Source of the DNA: Candidatus Kerfeldbacteria bacterium RIFCSPLOWO2_02_FULL_42_19
Lineage (GTDB): Bacteria > Patescibacteriota > Patescibacteriia > HO2-48-17
Assembly (NCBI GenBank): GCA_001818315.1
Contig: MHKF01000006.1
Span: 17,148-81,147, forward strand
Reading direction: 5' to 3'
DNA: 64,000 nt
The first letter of the stretch is position 1; each line of letters starts with the position of its first letter. Below are positions 27,943-38,000 of this stretch, piece by piece. The translations under genes were made by a program, and so were the position numbers. The notes below the pieces were generated by a model, which was not told the origin of the DNA, did not search any database, and saw only the letters and a program-made list of their open reading frames with translations.

Positions 27943-29388
27943 TTACTTAACGTAGTGGAGCGGATTCACAGTGCGGCCATTAATGCGCACTTCAAAATGT
28001 AAGTGAGCCCCTGTTGAGCGACCAGTAGAACCTTGTTCGCCCAAGGTTTGGCCTTGATCTACAGATTGCCCAGTTTTTACATATGTTTTTTGCAAGTGAG
28101 CATAGAGCGTTTGTATTCCATCTCCGTGATTCACTACAACACGAATACCATAACCCCCGTCCCATCCAGCGGTAGCCACAACGCCACTGTCAGCAGCCCA
28201 CACCGCATCACCAAAACCGCCATCAATATCAATGCCGCTATGACGATAACCGAAATATTGACTGAGACGTTTCGCGCGAGTTGGCCAAATAAGGCCACTC
28301 TTTTTTTCTGAAGAACCAGCCGGGGCTTCATCATCGCTCAAAATTTCTCGGACACGTGCAAGACGTGATTTTGGTGCAGGAGGAGTAATCCGAGGTGTCG
28401 GAGGCGCAGGAGGTGTGCCATCAGGAATAATCAGAATATCACCTTCCCGAATCGCAGAGGCATTCGCGAGTGCATTATAATTTATAATCTCTTCTGCAGA
28501 TGCCGCATATTTTTTTGAAATCGATTCTATTGTGTCACCAGAGGTAATGCGATGTGAGACACCATCGCTGGGTAAAATAGTCAGCTTCTGTCCTGGTCGA
28601 ATCAAATCCTTGGTGCCAAGTTTGTTTTCCCACAGCAGCGTATGAGTCGTGATGCCATATTGCTCCGCAATTTCACTGGTAGTTTCACCTTCACTCACGA
28701 TGTGATATAAAATATCATCATATTGACGCGCGCCACCGGGAGTTGTTTCCGTCGTCGGAATATTTGTTTTTACGAGCGCTCCGCCAGTTTCCGCCACCTC
28801 CGTATCATTCACAATATCAAAATCAATATCATCAGCAAGATTCGGAGTTTTGTAAACTATGAAACCCGAAGTATCCACATACGAAGCAGGCGTTTCCTGC
28901 GTCTCAGCAGTTTCTATAATAAATTCGTTTTCGCCAGTCGTAAGAGTTGTCAAAAGACTTTTTTGTCCAACTGTTTCGGATTGAATTTCTTGCGCCCGAA
29001 GATTATGCGTCGCCACAGCGAGTGCAATCAAAATAAAGAGAGCATGAATCAGAAAACGATGCGTAGCAATATACAAAAAACGATTGTGATTAATAAAAAA
29101 TTTCACTTTAAATTTATGGCTGAGCGGCAGGTACAATTTATAAAATCGCAATAAAATATGCCTAAATAAAAATCTCCCTACAAAAAGCAAGGAGGCACGA
29201 AGGGTGATGGCATAGAGCAAGCTCAAGAATTGTTTGAGTAACGCGAAAAATTTCCATGTAAGGACGAGGAGGCGAACGAGAAATTTTTTAAGATGGTATA
29301 AAATAAAGGTTATCCCTTGTGAGTAGTCTAAGGTCGCTGACATATGCATGGGTTCGGAGTGAGAAAAAGCATATGCAAGTACCTCCAC
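27943..29388 (-). CDS. LysM-M23 peptidoglycan endopeptidase
   Basis: Two LysM repeats plus HSGIDI, YAHL and STGAHLHFEV. Start uncertain. Confidence 0.88.
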   Translation of the reverse strand: MEVLAYAFSHSEPMHMSATLDYSQGITFILYHLKKFLVRLLVLTWKFFALLKQFLSLLYAITLRASLLFVGRFLFRHILLRFYKLYLPLSHKFKVKFFINHNRFLYIATHRFLIHALFILIALAVATHNLRAQEIQSETVGQKSLLTTLTTGENEFIIETAETQETPASYVDTSGFIVYKTPNLADDIDFDIVNDTEVAETGGALVKTNIPTTETTPGGARQYDDILYHIVSEGETTSEIAEQYGITTHTLLWENKLGTKDLIRPGQKLTILPSDGVSHRITSGDTIESISKKYAASAEEIINYNALANASAIREGDILIIPDGTPPAPPTPRITPPAPKSRLARVREILSDDEAPAGSSEKKSGLIWPTRAKRLSQYFGYRHSGIDIDGGFGDAVWAADSGVVATAGWDGGYGIRVVVNHGDGIQTLYAHLQKTYVKTGQSVDQGQTLGEQGSTGRSTGAHLHFEVRINGRTVNPLHYVK

Positions 29389-29547
29389 TACTTTTAAAAG
29401 ACCTTTAGTTAAAGAAGTGTACCCATGCTAGCATCCAAGATAATCTCCGTCAATAAAACGGAGTGGAAGAAAGCAGTTTTGAAGCTAAGATAAGATAAAT
29501 TCCTTATGATATTGGCTAAAATAAGCTAAAAATTATATACTTCCTCT

Positions 29548-31998
29548 ATGCGTATGTATTTTCCACAAGATATAGAACCGAAATGGCAGAAACAATGGCA
29601 CGAACGCCAAGTCTTTCGAGCGCATGATGAAAAAAAACGAAAGTTTTACTGCTTGGACATGTTTCCATACCCCTCAGCAGAAGGTCTGCATGTTGGACAC
29701 CCTGAAGGATATACGGCTACGGATATTGTTAGTCGGTATAAACGAATGCGCGGATATAACGTTCTGCATCCTATGGGTTGGGACGCTTTTGGGTTACCAG
29801 CAGAGAATTTTGCTATAAAAAAAGGTATTCATCCAAAAATTTCCACACAGGCGAATATCAAAAATTTTCGGCGACAAATTCGATCATTTGGTTTTAGCTA
29901 CGATTGGGAACGGGAGATCGATACTTCTACGCCTGCGTACTATCGATGGACGCAATGGATGTTTTTACAAATGTATCGAAACAAGTTGGCATATCGTAAG
30001 AAGGCATTAGTGAATTGGTGCAATAGTTGCCAGACAGTGCTTGCAAATGAGCAAGTCGCAAGCGGCACCTGCGAACGCTGTCATAACCAAGTGATACAAA
30101 AAGAACTCGAACAATGGTTTTTGAAAATCACCGCCTATGCTGATGAACTGATCGACGATCTCAAGGAACTTGACTGGCCTGAAAAAATTAAAACTATCCA
30201 GCGGAATTGGATTGGTAAAAAAGAAGGCCTCCTCATGTGGCATGCTATTCAGGGGATGAAAGACACACTCGAGACTTTTACAGCTTATCCTGCTTGGGTC
30301 TATGCAGATACTTTTATTGTGATTGCACCAGAACATCCACTCGTAGAAAAAATCATCCAGGGAACGTCGAAGACAAAAACTCTACAGAAGTATATTCAAA
30401 AACTCAGAAATGACCGTGCAGGCGGTGCGCGAAATATCGTGACAAATGAAAAAGAAGGTATGTTTACTGGGCGATATGCTCTCGATCCTCTAACGAGCCA
30501 GGAGATGCCGATTTGGATAGCGAATTTTGCGCTTATGGATTTTGGGACAGGCGCCATTCGCTGTTCAGCGCATGATCCACGCGATTATGAATTTGCACAG
30601 AAGTACAATATTCCGCTTCGTGAAGTTGTGGATCGCGTTGGTGATAATCCAGTGAATGCGCACAAAAATAATGGGACGCTGAAAAATTCCGTCCAGTTTA
30701 CAGGCATGAACGTGACAGCAGCGAGTGTTGCGATTATGGATTTTGCAGAAAAACAAGGTTTTGGAAAACGACATACAACATATAAACTCCGCGACTGGCT
30801 GATTTCGCGACAACGCTACTGGGGCGCGCCGATTCCTATCATCTATTGTGATACGTGCGGGCCTGTAGAAGTGCCAGAAAAAAATCTACCAGTGCTTTTG
30901 CCTGATGATGTTGATTTTAAACCTACTGGAAAATCACCCCTCATGTACTCACAATCGTTTCATAAAGTAATATGCCCGCAATGTAATAAGTCGGCACGAC
31001 GAGAATCCGATACAATGGATACCTTCGTATGTTCTTCTTGGTATTTTTTACGTTACACAGATCCTCAAAACGCAACCGCCTTTGCTGACGCGAAAAAAAT
31101 GAAACACTGGATGCCAGTCGATCTCTACGTTGGAGGGGTTGAACACGCTGCGATGCATCTGCTGTACGCACGGTTTTTTACCAAAGCTTTGCGTGACTTC
31201 GGATATGTGAATTTTAACGAACCGTTTCGTTCGCTTCGCAATCAAGGTTTTATTTTAGGCGAAGATAATCAGAAAATGTCAAAATCTCGAGGCAATGTTG
31301 TGAATCCCGATGAAGTGATAGAAGCATACGGCGCCGATAGTATGCGCCTGTCTGAAATGTTTATGGGTCCTTTTGAAGATACGAAACCTTGGAGTATGCA
31401 AGGTATCAAAGGTTTGTATCGTTTTTTACAACGAATCTATGGACTCTTCGAGAAAATAGAAAAAGAAAGTGCGCCGTCAAAAATACAAGAAAATAAAAAT
31501 CGCAAGAAGATCAAAAAGGACTTAGAAGAATCCGCAGTCGATGCGCAATTGCATATGACCATCCGAAAAGTCACTAACGACATAGAATCTTTTCGTTTTA
31601 ATACAGCGATCAGTAGCATGATGATTTTTGTGAATGTGTTGAGTAAGCAGAAGACGATTTCGCAATCAAGTTTCGAACAATTTTTGAAAATACTCCATCC
31701 ATTTGCACCTCATATTACTGATGAATTGTGGTCAGAGCTCGGACATGACACACTGATTATGGAAACAGCGTGGCCATCATTCGATGTAAAACTCCTACAA
31801 AATAATTTCGTTACGATCGCCGTGCAAATGAACGGAAAATTACGAGCGACGATGCAAGTCGCGCGCAACACAACAAGCGCGCAGCTCGAACTCCTTGCCA
31901 AGCAGCACGAAAAAATACATAAAATTATACAAGGGCAAAAAATGAAAAGAATTATTGTGGTTCCAGGGAAAATCGTGAACATTGTGACAGAATCATGA
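29548..31998 (+). CDS. leuS: Leucine--tRNA ligase
   Basis: MFPYPS, HVGH (HIGH-like), GWDAFGLPAEN, DWLISRQRYWG and KMSKS. Confidence 0.97.
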   Translation: MRMYFPQDIEPKWQKQWHERQVFRAHDEKKRKFYCLDMFPYPSAEGLHVGHPEGYTATDIVSRYKRMRGYNVLHPMGWDAFGLPAENFAIKKGIHPKISTQANIKNFRRQIRSFGFSYDWEREIDTSTPAYYRWTQWMFLQMYRNKLAYRKKALVNWCNSCQTVLANEQVASGTCERCHNQVIQKELEQWFLKITAYADELIDDLKELDWPEKIKTIQRNWIGKKEGLLMWHAIQGMKDTLETFTAYPAWVYADTFIVIAPEHPLVEKIIQGTSKTKTLQKYIQKLRNDRAGGARNIVTNEKEGMFTGRYALDPLTSQEMPIWIANFALMDFGTGAIRCSAHDPRDYEFAQKYNIPLREVVDRVGDNPVNAHKNNGTLKNSVQFTGMNVTAASVAIMDFAEKQGFGKRHTTYKLRDWLISRQRYWGAPIPIIYCDTCGPVEVPEKNLPVLLPDDVDFKPTGKSPLMYSQSFHKVICPQCNKSARRESDTMDTFVCSSWYFLRYTDPQNATAFADAKKMKHWMPVDLYVGGVEHAAMHLLYARFFTKALRDFGYVNFNEPFRSLRNQGFILGEDNQKMSKSRGNVVNPDEVIEAYGADSMRLSEMFMGPFEDTKPWSMQGIKGLYRFLQRIYGLFEKIEKESAPSKIQENKNRKKIKKDLEESAVDAQLHMTIRKVTNDIESFRFNTAISSMMIFVNVLSKQKTISQSSFEQFLKILHPFAPHITDELWSELGHDTLIMETAWPSFDVKLLQNNFVTIAVQMNGKLRATMQVARNTTSAQLELLAKQHEKIHKIIQGQKMKRIIVVPGKIVNIVTES

Positions 31999-32603
31999 AG
32001 ATTCTCACTGTTACGCTGAGTAAGATTGCCAACAAGGCTCTGACAGAAGCCGTGAGTATTTTACAAAAAGGAGGGGTGGTGATCTATCCGACCGAAACAG
32101 CCTATGCGCTTGGCGCTGATGCAACCAATATCAGGGCAATTGAAAAAATAAAAAAGATCAAAACACGGCCGCGCGGCAAGCCTCTTGCGCTTATTGTGGC
32201 AAATTTTGCCATGGCAAAAAAATACGGCTTTTTCGACGCGCGCGCAAGAAGCTTTGCGAAAAAATTTTGGCCAGGTCCAGTAACATTGATTGTAAAACGC
32301 ACATCAGCATTGCCAAAAGAAGTTGCGGGAATATACATTGGGATGCGTATGTCAGAACTCGCGTGGGCGCAGAAACTCACGAAACACTTAGGAAAACCTA
32401 TCATCAGCACGAGTGCAAATCGATCTGGAGCGTCGACACTTTACAGCGCGCGGCGTGCGCGGAAAGAATTTCAGGTAGCTCCTATGCAACCCGATCTCAT
32501 GCTCGATGCCGGCACACTTCCAAAAAGAAAACCTTCGGCAATCGTGCATCTTGGTTTCAAAAATATTCGCATTCTCCGCAAGGGCACTATCAAAGTATTC
32601 TGA
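31995..32603 (+). CDS. tsaC: L-threonylcarbamoyladenylate synthase (TsaC/YrdC)
   Basis: YPTETAYALG, KxRPxxKPL, WPGPVT and STSANRSG. Confidence 0.9.
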   Translation: MKILTVTLSKIANKALTEAVSILQKGGVVIYPTETAYALGADATNIRAIEKIKKIKTRPRGKPLALIVANFAMAKKYGFFDARARSFAKKFWPGPVTLIVKRTSALPKEVAGIYIGMRMSELAWAQKLTKHLGKPIISTSANRSGASTLYSARRARKEFQVAPMQPDLMLDAGTLPKRKPSAIVHLGFKNIRILRKGTIKVF

Positions 32604-32635
32604 TATAAAAGAAATTGCTGAGCTTCCATCAATCA

Positions 32636-32676
32636 GATTTGACTTTTTTACTTTCGCAAAGTAAAAAAGTCAGGTC
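32636..32676 (+). repeat. Short perfect hairpin (REP-like or terminator-like)
   Basis: 15-bp perfect IR tgacttttttacttt-cgc-aaagtaaaaaagtca (32640-32672), extendable by G-U pairs on the + strand. Confidence 0.6.
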
Positions 32677-32718
32677 GACAGAGACAAGAATTATGGGAAA
32701 AGTCATAATCAAAGCCTT

Positions 32719-33552
32719 ATGTACTCAGTGACAGAAGTAAAATTTCTTTGTAAAAAATACGGTATCACCCCAATGCGTGAACGAGGGCAGCATTTTCTTA
32801 TCGACCAATCAGTGCTCAGAACTATAATTCAGTCAGCGCACTTAAGTCCACATGATCGTGTACTTGAAGTAGGAGCTGGATTTGGACAGCTTACTCTTGC
32901 ACTGCTTGATGCAGGAGCACAAGTCTGGGCTGTTGAATCAGATGCAAAGTTCATGAGCGCACTCCAGAAAATACAAACGCAGCATGCGCCACACACATCA
33001 GCATCACACCTCACACTTATTCACAAAGATATCCGCAAATTGAATATCTCAGAGCTCGTCAACGAGTCGCATTATACAGTCGTTTCCAATCTGCCATATA
33101 ACATTACTTCATGGTTTTTACGCATGATGCTGGAACAAAAAAATAAACCAATATCCATGACGCTGCTCCTTCAGAAAGATGTTGCCGAACGCATCGTTGC
33201 GCAACCAGGGCACATGAGTTTACTCGCTCTTTCGGTGCAATATTATGCTCGGCCAAAGATTATTCGCATAGTATCCAAAGCAAGTTTTTGGCCGAAACCA
33301 GAGGTTGATTCGGCGATCATACATTTTGCAAATATTCACGAACTCAATTTCGCATACGAAAAAAAACTTTTTCAAATCGCGCGCATTGCGTTTGCTGGAA
33401 AACGCAAGCAACTCTGTAATTCACTTTCCGCAGGACTCCAGAAAAACAAAAACGAAATCACAGCAATCTTAAAGTCCGTGCATATTAAACCAACGCAAAG
33501 GCCACAAGAACTATCGCTGCAGCAATGGAAATTGCTCGCAGAAAACCTTTGA
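32719..33552 (+). CDS. rsmA: 16S rRNA adenine dimethyltransferase KsgA
   Basis: GQHFLID, LEVGAGFG, VSNLPYNIT and FWPKPEVDSA. Confidence 0.95.
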   Translation: MYSVTEVKFLCKKYGITPMRERGQHFLIDQSVLRTIIQSAHLSPHDRVLEVGAGFGQLTLALLDAGAQVWAVESDAKFMSALQKIQTQHAPHTSASHLTLIHKDIRKLNISELVNESHYTVVSNLPYNITSWFLRMMLEQKNKPISMTLLLQKDVAERIVAQPGHMSLLALSVQYYARPKIIRIVSKASFWPKPEVDSAIIHFANIHELNFAYEKKLFQIARIAFAGKRKQLCNSLSAGLQKNKNEITAILKSVHIKPTQRPQELSLQQWKLLAENL

Positions 33553-33875
33553 GCCACCATCATAACGTGGATGCTCAAAGAACATAATCCTTTCTTCTGC
33601 TACGTAAGAAAGAATATCCTGTGCGAAAATCAGCGCAAGCATCGCGAGGCAGAGCACCTTATATGTCATCCACGCAAGGAAAAGATAGAAAAATAACATT
33701 GCAGTCAAGAGCAAAATCACAGTGCACCTTCCTTCCTTCCTGATTTATCTCAAACGTTTATGGAAAAGAACTTTGATATGAAAACAAATTACTGAATTTA
33801 TGTCAAGTTGACAGATATTCGAAAAAATTTTTTAACATCAACCTATCCATTAATCATACCCAATGCTTTAAAAAA

Positions 33876-33904
33876 TTGCGACGGCTTTCAGAAAGTGCTA
33901 TAAT
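33876..33904 (+). promoter_or_regulatory. Sigma70 promoter at the head of the T4SS-like locus
   Basis: TTGCGA-17 bp-TATAAT with extended -10 TG. Confidence 0.6.
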
Positions 33905-33975
33905 AAATTTAAGTTTTCCACAAGTTTCATCTTTTGAACAAATCATCATTCCAAGGGGACAGAGTTCAAAACAAT

Positions 33976-35022
33976 ATGCAAAAACTCGACCTCAGTCATC
34001 CGCAGAATCCGTTGGAGCAACATGAGGATACTCCAACAGAAGCGGTAGCAAAAGAAACTATCAAACAAAAAGCAAGTCTTTGGGTTTTTATAGTCATTGC
34101 GCTTCTCACACTCATTTTGGGAAGTGCGAGTATTTATAAGCAGCTGACAGGTCCCTTTCAGCCGCAACTCAAGAATAGTAATCAATCAGCTGTCGTACTC
34201 GGAAAATCTGAACTTGAGAAATTACAAGAATTAAAAACGAAAGACACCGATAGTGATACATTGAATGATTACGATGAGCTCTATGTGTACGACACAAGTC
34301 CCTATTTAGCGGATTCGGATAGTGATAATGCAAGTGACGCGGAAGAACTGAAAGAAGGGCAGAATCCAAATTGTCCGCAAGGCACCATTTGTGATCAACC
34401 AAGAAAAAGCGATACACCCGCAACAAATTCAGGAGTAACCCCCCCCAGTGCACCTAGCAATACAATAACTCCCAGCATTCCAACGAACGCAGCTCCAGCG
34501 ACGAACACAGGCACAGCAAATCAAACTGCAGATACAGGACAGAATCAGCCAAGCATCACAGCCGACATCATTCGTCAAACGCTTAAAAATGCAGGCGCGC
34601 CGGCTGAATCAGTGGACGCGATGAGCGACGAAGCACTCCTTACGCTCTACGAAGAAACAGTCAAAGAAACGGGCTACAGTGGCACGACGACACCAGTCAA
34701 TAGCGCGAGCGACGATTTTGTTCCAGATGAAGTGGAAAACGCTTATAGCGACCTTCTTGTAGATACCGAAAGTCCCTACGGAGCGCTCGGTGAAGTATCA
34801 GCAGAAACACTGGAGCAATTGAAAAATCTTCCGCCAGAAGAGATTCGAAAACTTCTGATACAGCTTGGTGGCGAAGAAACGTTTATCCAGACGATCGATG
34901 ACGCGACGCTTCAGTTTATTTTTTTGCAAGCTATCGAAGAAATTATTCAATCGCAAAGCAAACCAAGCACAAGTGCAAACGCGAATACAAATTCAGGGTC
35001 AGTCAACACCAATCAAAAATAA
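33976..35022 (+). CDS. Membrane-anchored protein with thrombospondin type-3-like Ca-binding repeats
   Basis: TM helix, DTDSDTLNDYDE...DSDSDNASDAEE...NPNCP, a P/T/N linker and two similar helical repeats. Confidence 0.7.
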   Translation: MQKLDLSHPQNPLEQHEDTPTEAVAKETIKQKASLWVFIVIALLTLILGSASIYKQLTGPFQPQLKNSNQSAVVLGKSELEKLQELKTKDTDSDTLNDYDELYVYDTSPYLADSDSDNASDAEELKEGQNPNCPQGTICDQPRKSDTPATNSGVTPPSAPSNTITPSIPTNAAPATNTGTANQTADTGQNQPSITADIIRQTLKNAGAPAESVDAMSDEALLTLYEETVKETGYSGTTTPVNSASDDFVPDEVENAYSDLLVDTESPYGALGEVSAETLEQLKNLPPEEIRKLLIQLGGEETFIQTIDDATLQFIFLQAIEEIIQSQSKPSTSANANTNSGSVNTNQK

Positions 35023-35027
35023 AAACC

Positions 35028-38000
35028 ATGCAAGTAAACGATGCAAGAAAAAACAAAAAATACACTCGCGCTCACTTAGGCTGGAAGAAGATGCTTTTCA
35101 TGTCGGTATTTACATTGGGAGTCTTGCTACAAAGTTTTATGATAGCAAGACCTGTCTTCGCCCAGGGTTTCATTGGTGACCCATTTTTTGATCCGCACGG
35201 GTTTACTCCTGCCGAAGAAATTAACTATACTGCTGTCGAACCACCGGGAGGAGGTCTTCCAGTAGCAGTGACAGTGGACACTCCTGGGTTCTTCCGAAGA
35301 ATCATGGATAAGATTGCGACGATAGCAAAAACAATATATGAAAAAGCTGGACGCGCCGCAGTGAAGGGCATGATCAGGGTAGTCTTGACGAAAGTTGCGT
35401 ATGAGACGGCTGTGTGGATCGCTTCGGGAGACAATAAGCAGAAACCGTTGCTTTTTACAAGTCAATGGGATGAATATCTGGAAGATGCTGGTGACGCAGC
35501 ATTAGGTGAGGCGTTCCAAACACTCGCCATGAAAAATGGATATCTACGATTCAATGTCTGTGATCCTTTTGATAATCGTGTGAACCTCGCGATTCAGTTG
35601 GGATTAGATTTTGCTACCGGTAGGCCGCAAAAACCGCAGTGTACTTTTAAAGAAATGCGCGAACGCTGGTCCGAAGTGAGAGATGATCCAGCAGCACAAA
35701 AGAAATTCCTTAGTAATTTCAAAGTCTCTTGGGACATTGAGCAAAATGACATCGGTCAATTTTTATCATTGCAAACAACGTTCCTTGCAACTCAGGCACA
35801 AAAAGAAAAATCAGCACAATTGCAAAGACAGGCATCCGATCCCTTTAAAGACGTGACTGGAAAAATTTCGCAGTTCATCGAAACGCCAGCACAAGTCGTT
35901 GCAGGAGTACAAAAGGACGCATTTGAAAAATCTTCCAATGAATTCTTGGTACTTGTAGGTGACCCAGCAGCGGATGCGCTTGGTGTTTTTACAAGCACAT
36001 TGATGTCAAAACTTTTAGCTCGCATCAAAGGTGGAGTGTATAGCTTTGGAGATCTTGTCAGAGAAGATTACCGTAATGAACAAGGCGGTTTCGTCGATGC
36101 AACTGCGTTTGCTCCTGCTGGAGGTGGATCGGGGCTCTTTAATCCATCGGGTGCTTCGGCTCCAGGAGTCGCCGCAGCCGAAGCGCATTACGCAAGTATT
36201 GCGGATATCAGCTTTTCAAGTGGCGACGAATTTCAGGTGCTCGCGGATCTCGTCGCGTGTCCATCCGAAGGCGCGCAAGCGATTAACTGTACGATCGACG
36301 AAAAATTTCGCATCGCGATTAACGACCGACTTACGGTGCGTGAAGCGCTCGATCAAAAACTTTTAGATGGTAAGAAACCGTTTGGGTTTGGAACGCAGGG
36401 ACAGCCGATTCCCAATGTGCGTGATGGATATTCATATCGCAGCGTCATTGTGCTCCAACGCTATCTCATCGTACCGGTTGGTTGGAAGATCGCCGCGGAA
36501 TACATCCGTGATTTTAATCCCGGAAATTTCACTTTAACTGATCTTGTATCAGCGTATGATAAATGCGGTCCAGATAATTACTCTCCTTTCTGCGGACTCG
36601 TTGATCCTGATTGGGTTCTGAAAGCGCCGGCAAACTATTGTCGTAAGCAAGGTTTCGGCAATCCAGTCGCAAAAGGTGAATACGTCGATCAGGATGGGAA
36701 TCCAGCAACACCGAGAAAGCCTTTTATCGTCCGGCAAGAAATCTGCGTGGACGACCAATCGTGTATTCAGGAAAATCCAGACGGCACATGTCGCGCGTAT
36801 GGATACTGCACGGAACAAAAGCGCATCTGGCGATTCGTTGGAGAACGCTGCGAGCCAGCCTATAACACTTGCCGCACGCTGACAGATACCGCAACAGGGC
36901 AACGCGCGTCCTTGCTTTTGAACACTGTAAACTTTAATGATTGTAGTCGTGATGTAGCCGGTTGTCAGTGGCTGTGTCAAGTATTTAATCCATTAGATAA
37001 CGACTGGCAGTGCGCTGGCAACGGGGTCGTCTATCCGACGTGCGACGCTGCACATGATCCGGATGGCGATGGCAACTGCGATGGAACCACAGGAGGGGCA
37101 ACATGCGCAACAAATCCGTGTGCAATAGAATCAGGCCGTTTTCGTTGTCAGAATACAGACGATGAGATATGTTACCTGAATCCAGAAAGCGATAATCCTC
37201 GGGAGTTTAACGACGCAAGTATCAGTTTAGACCGTGATGCGCCGAACTGTGACAGTAAAAATGCCGGCTGCGAAAAGTTTATCAGCACTCGTAATGGCAC
37301 GAATCTCATCAATAACCCGAGTTTCGAATACTTTGCCGATAATCCATTAGACCCACAGCCGTTGACATTCTCATCAGAAGGTGCGGGCGATGTTTTAAAT
37401 GACAACGACGCCGATGTGTTTGGATTTTGCGATGGTCGCGGTGGAGACACACACGCGTGCGATGATGATAGTGATTGCGCTGGTGAATGCGTCGGCTGGC
37501 AATCATTCGGAGCGCCCATTGTGCTCGGCGTTTCCGATCCTGTGGCGCGTGGACAAGTTGCAGTGAAATTTGTGGGTACTAATGATGCAGAAGCAGACAC
37601 ACTCATGTACGAATACGAAAGTAATACCGAACTTGCGAATCGTTCGTTTGACTTGAGTTTTCGTTACCGAAAAACAGGAGGAGGAGGAGCTTGTACAGTA
37701 AAATTGAAATATAACACCGATCAAGATTCAGATATTGCCACTAAAACTTTAGCAGTCAATGAAAGTTGGACAGAAGAAAAATGGAGCACAGATCAACTCA
37801 TAACACTTCCAAATACTCGGCAATGTTATGGTGGAAATGACGGGAGTCCTTGTACGAGAAACAGTGAGTGCGGCGGCGGGGTCTGCCGCAGCGATACTTC
37901 ACTGGAGATTCGTATTGGTGTCGAACCGGCAGGGTGCGAACTCTTGATCGACGAAGTAAAACTTGAAGAAATCAAACCTCTTAATTTCGAAAGTGCAACC

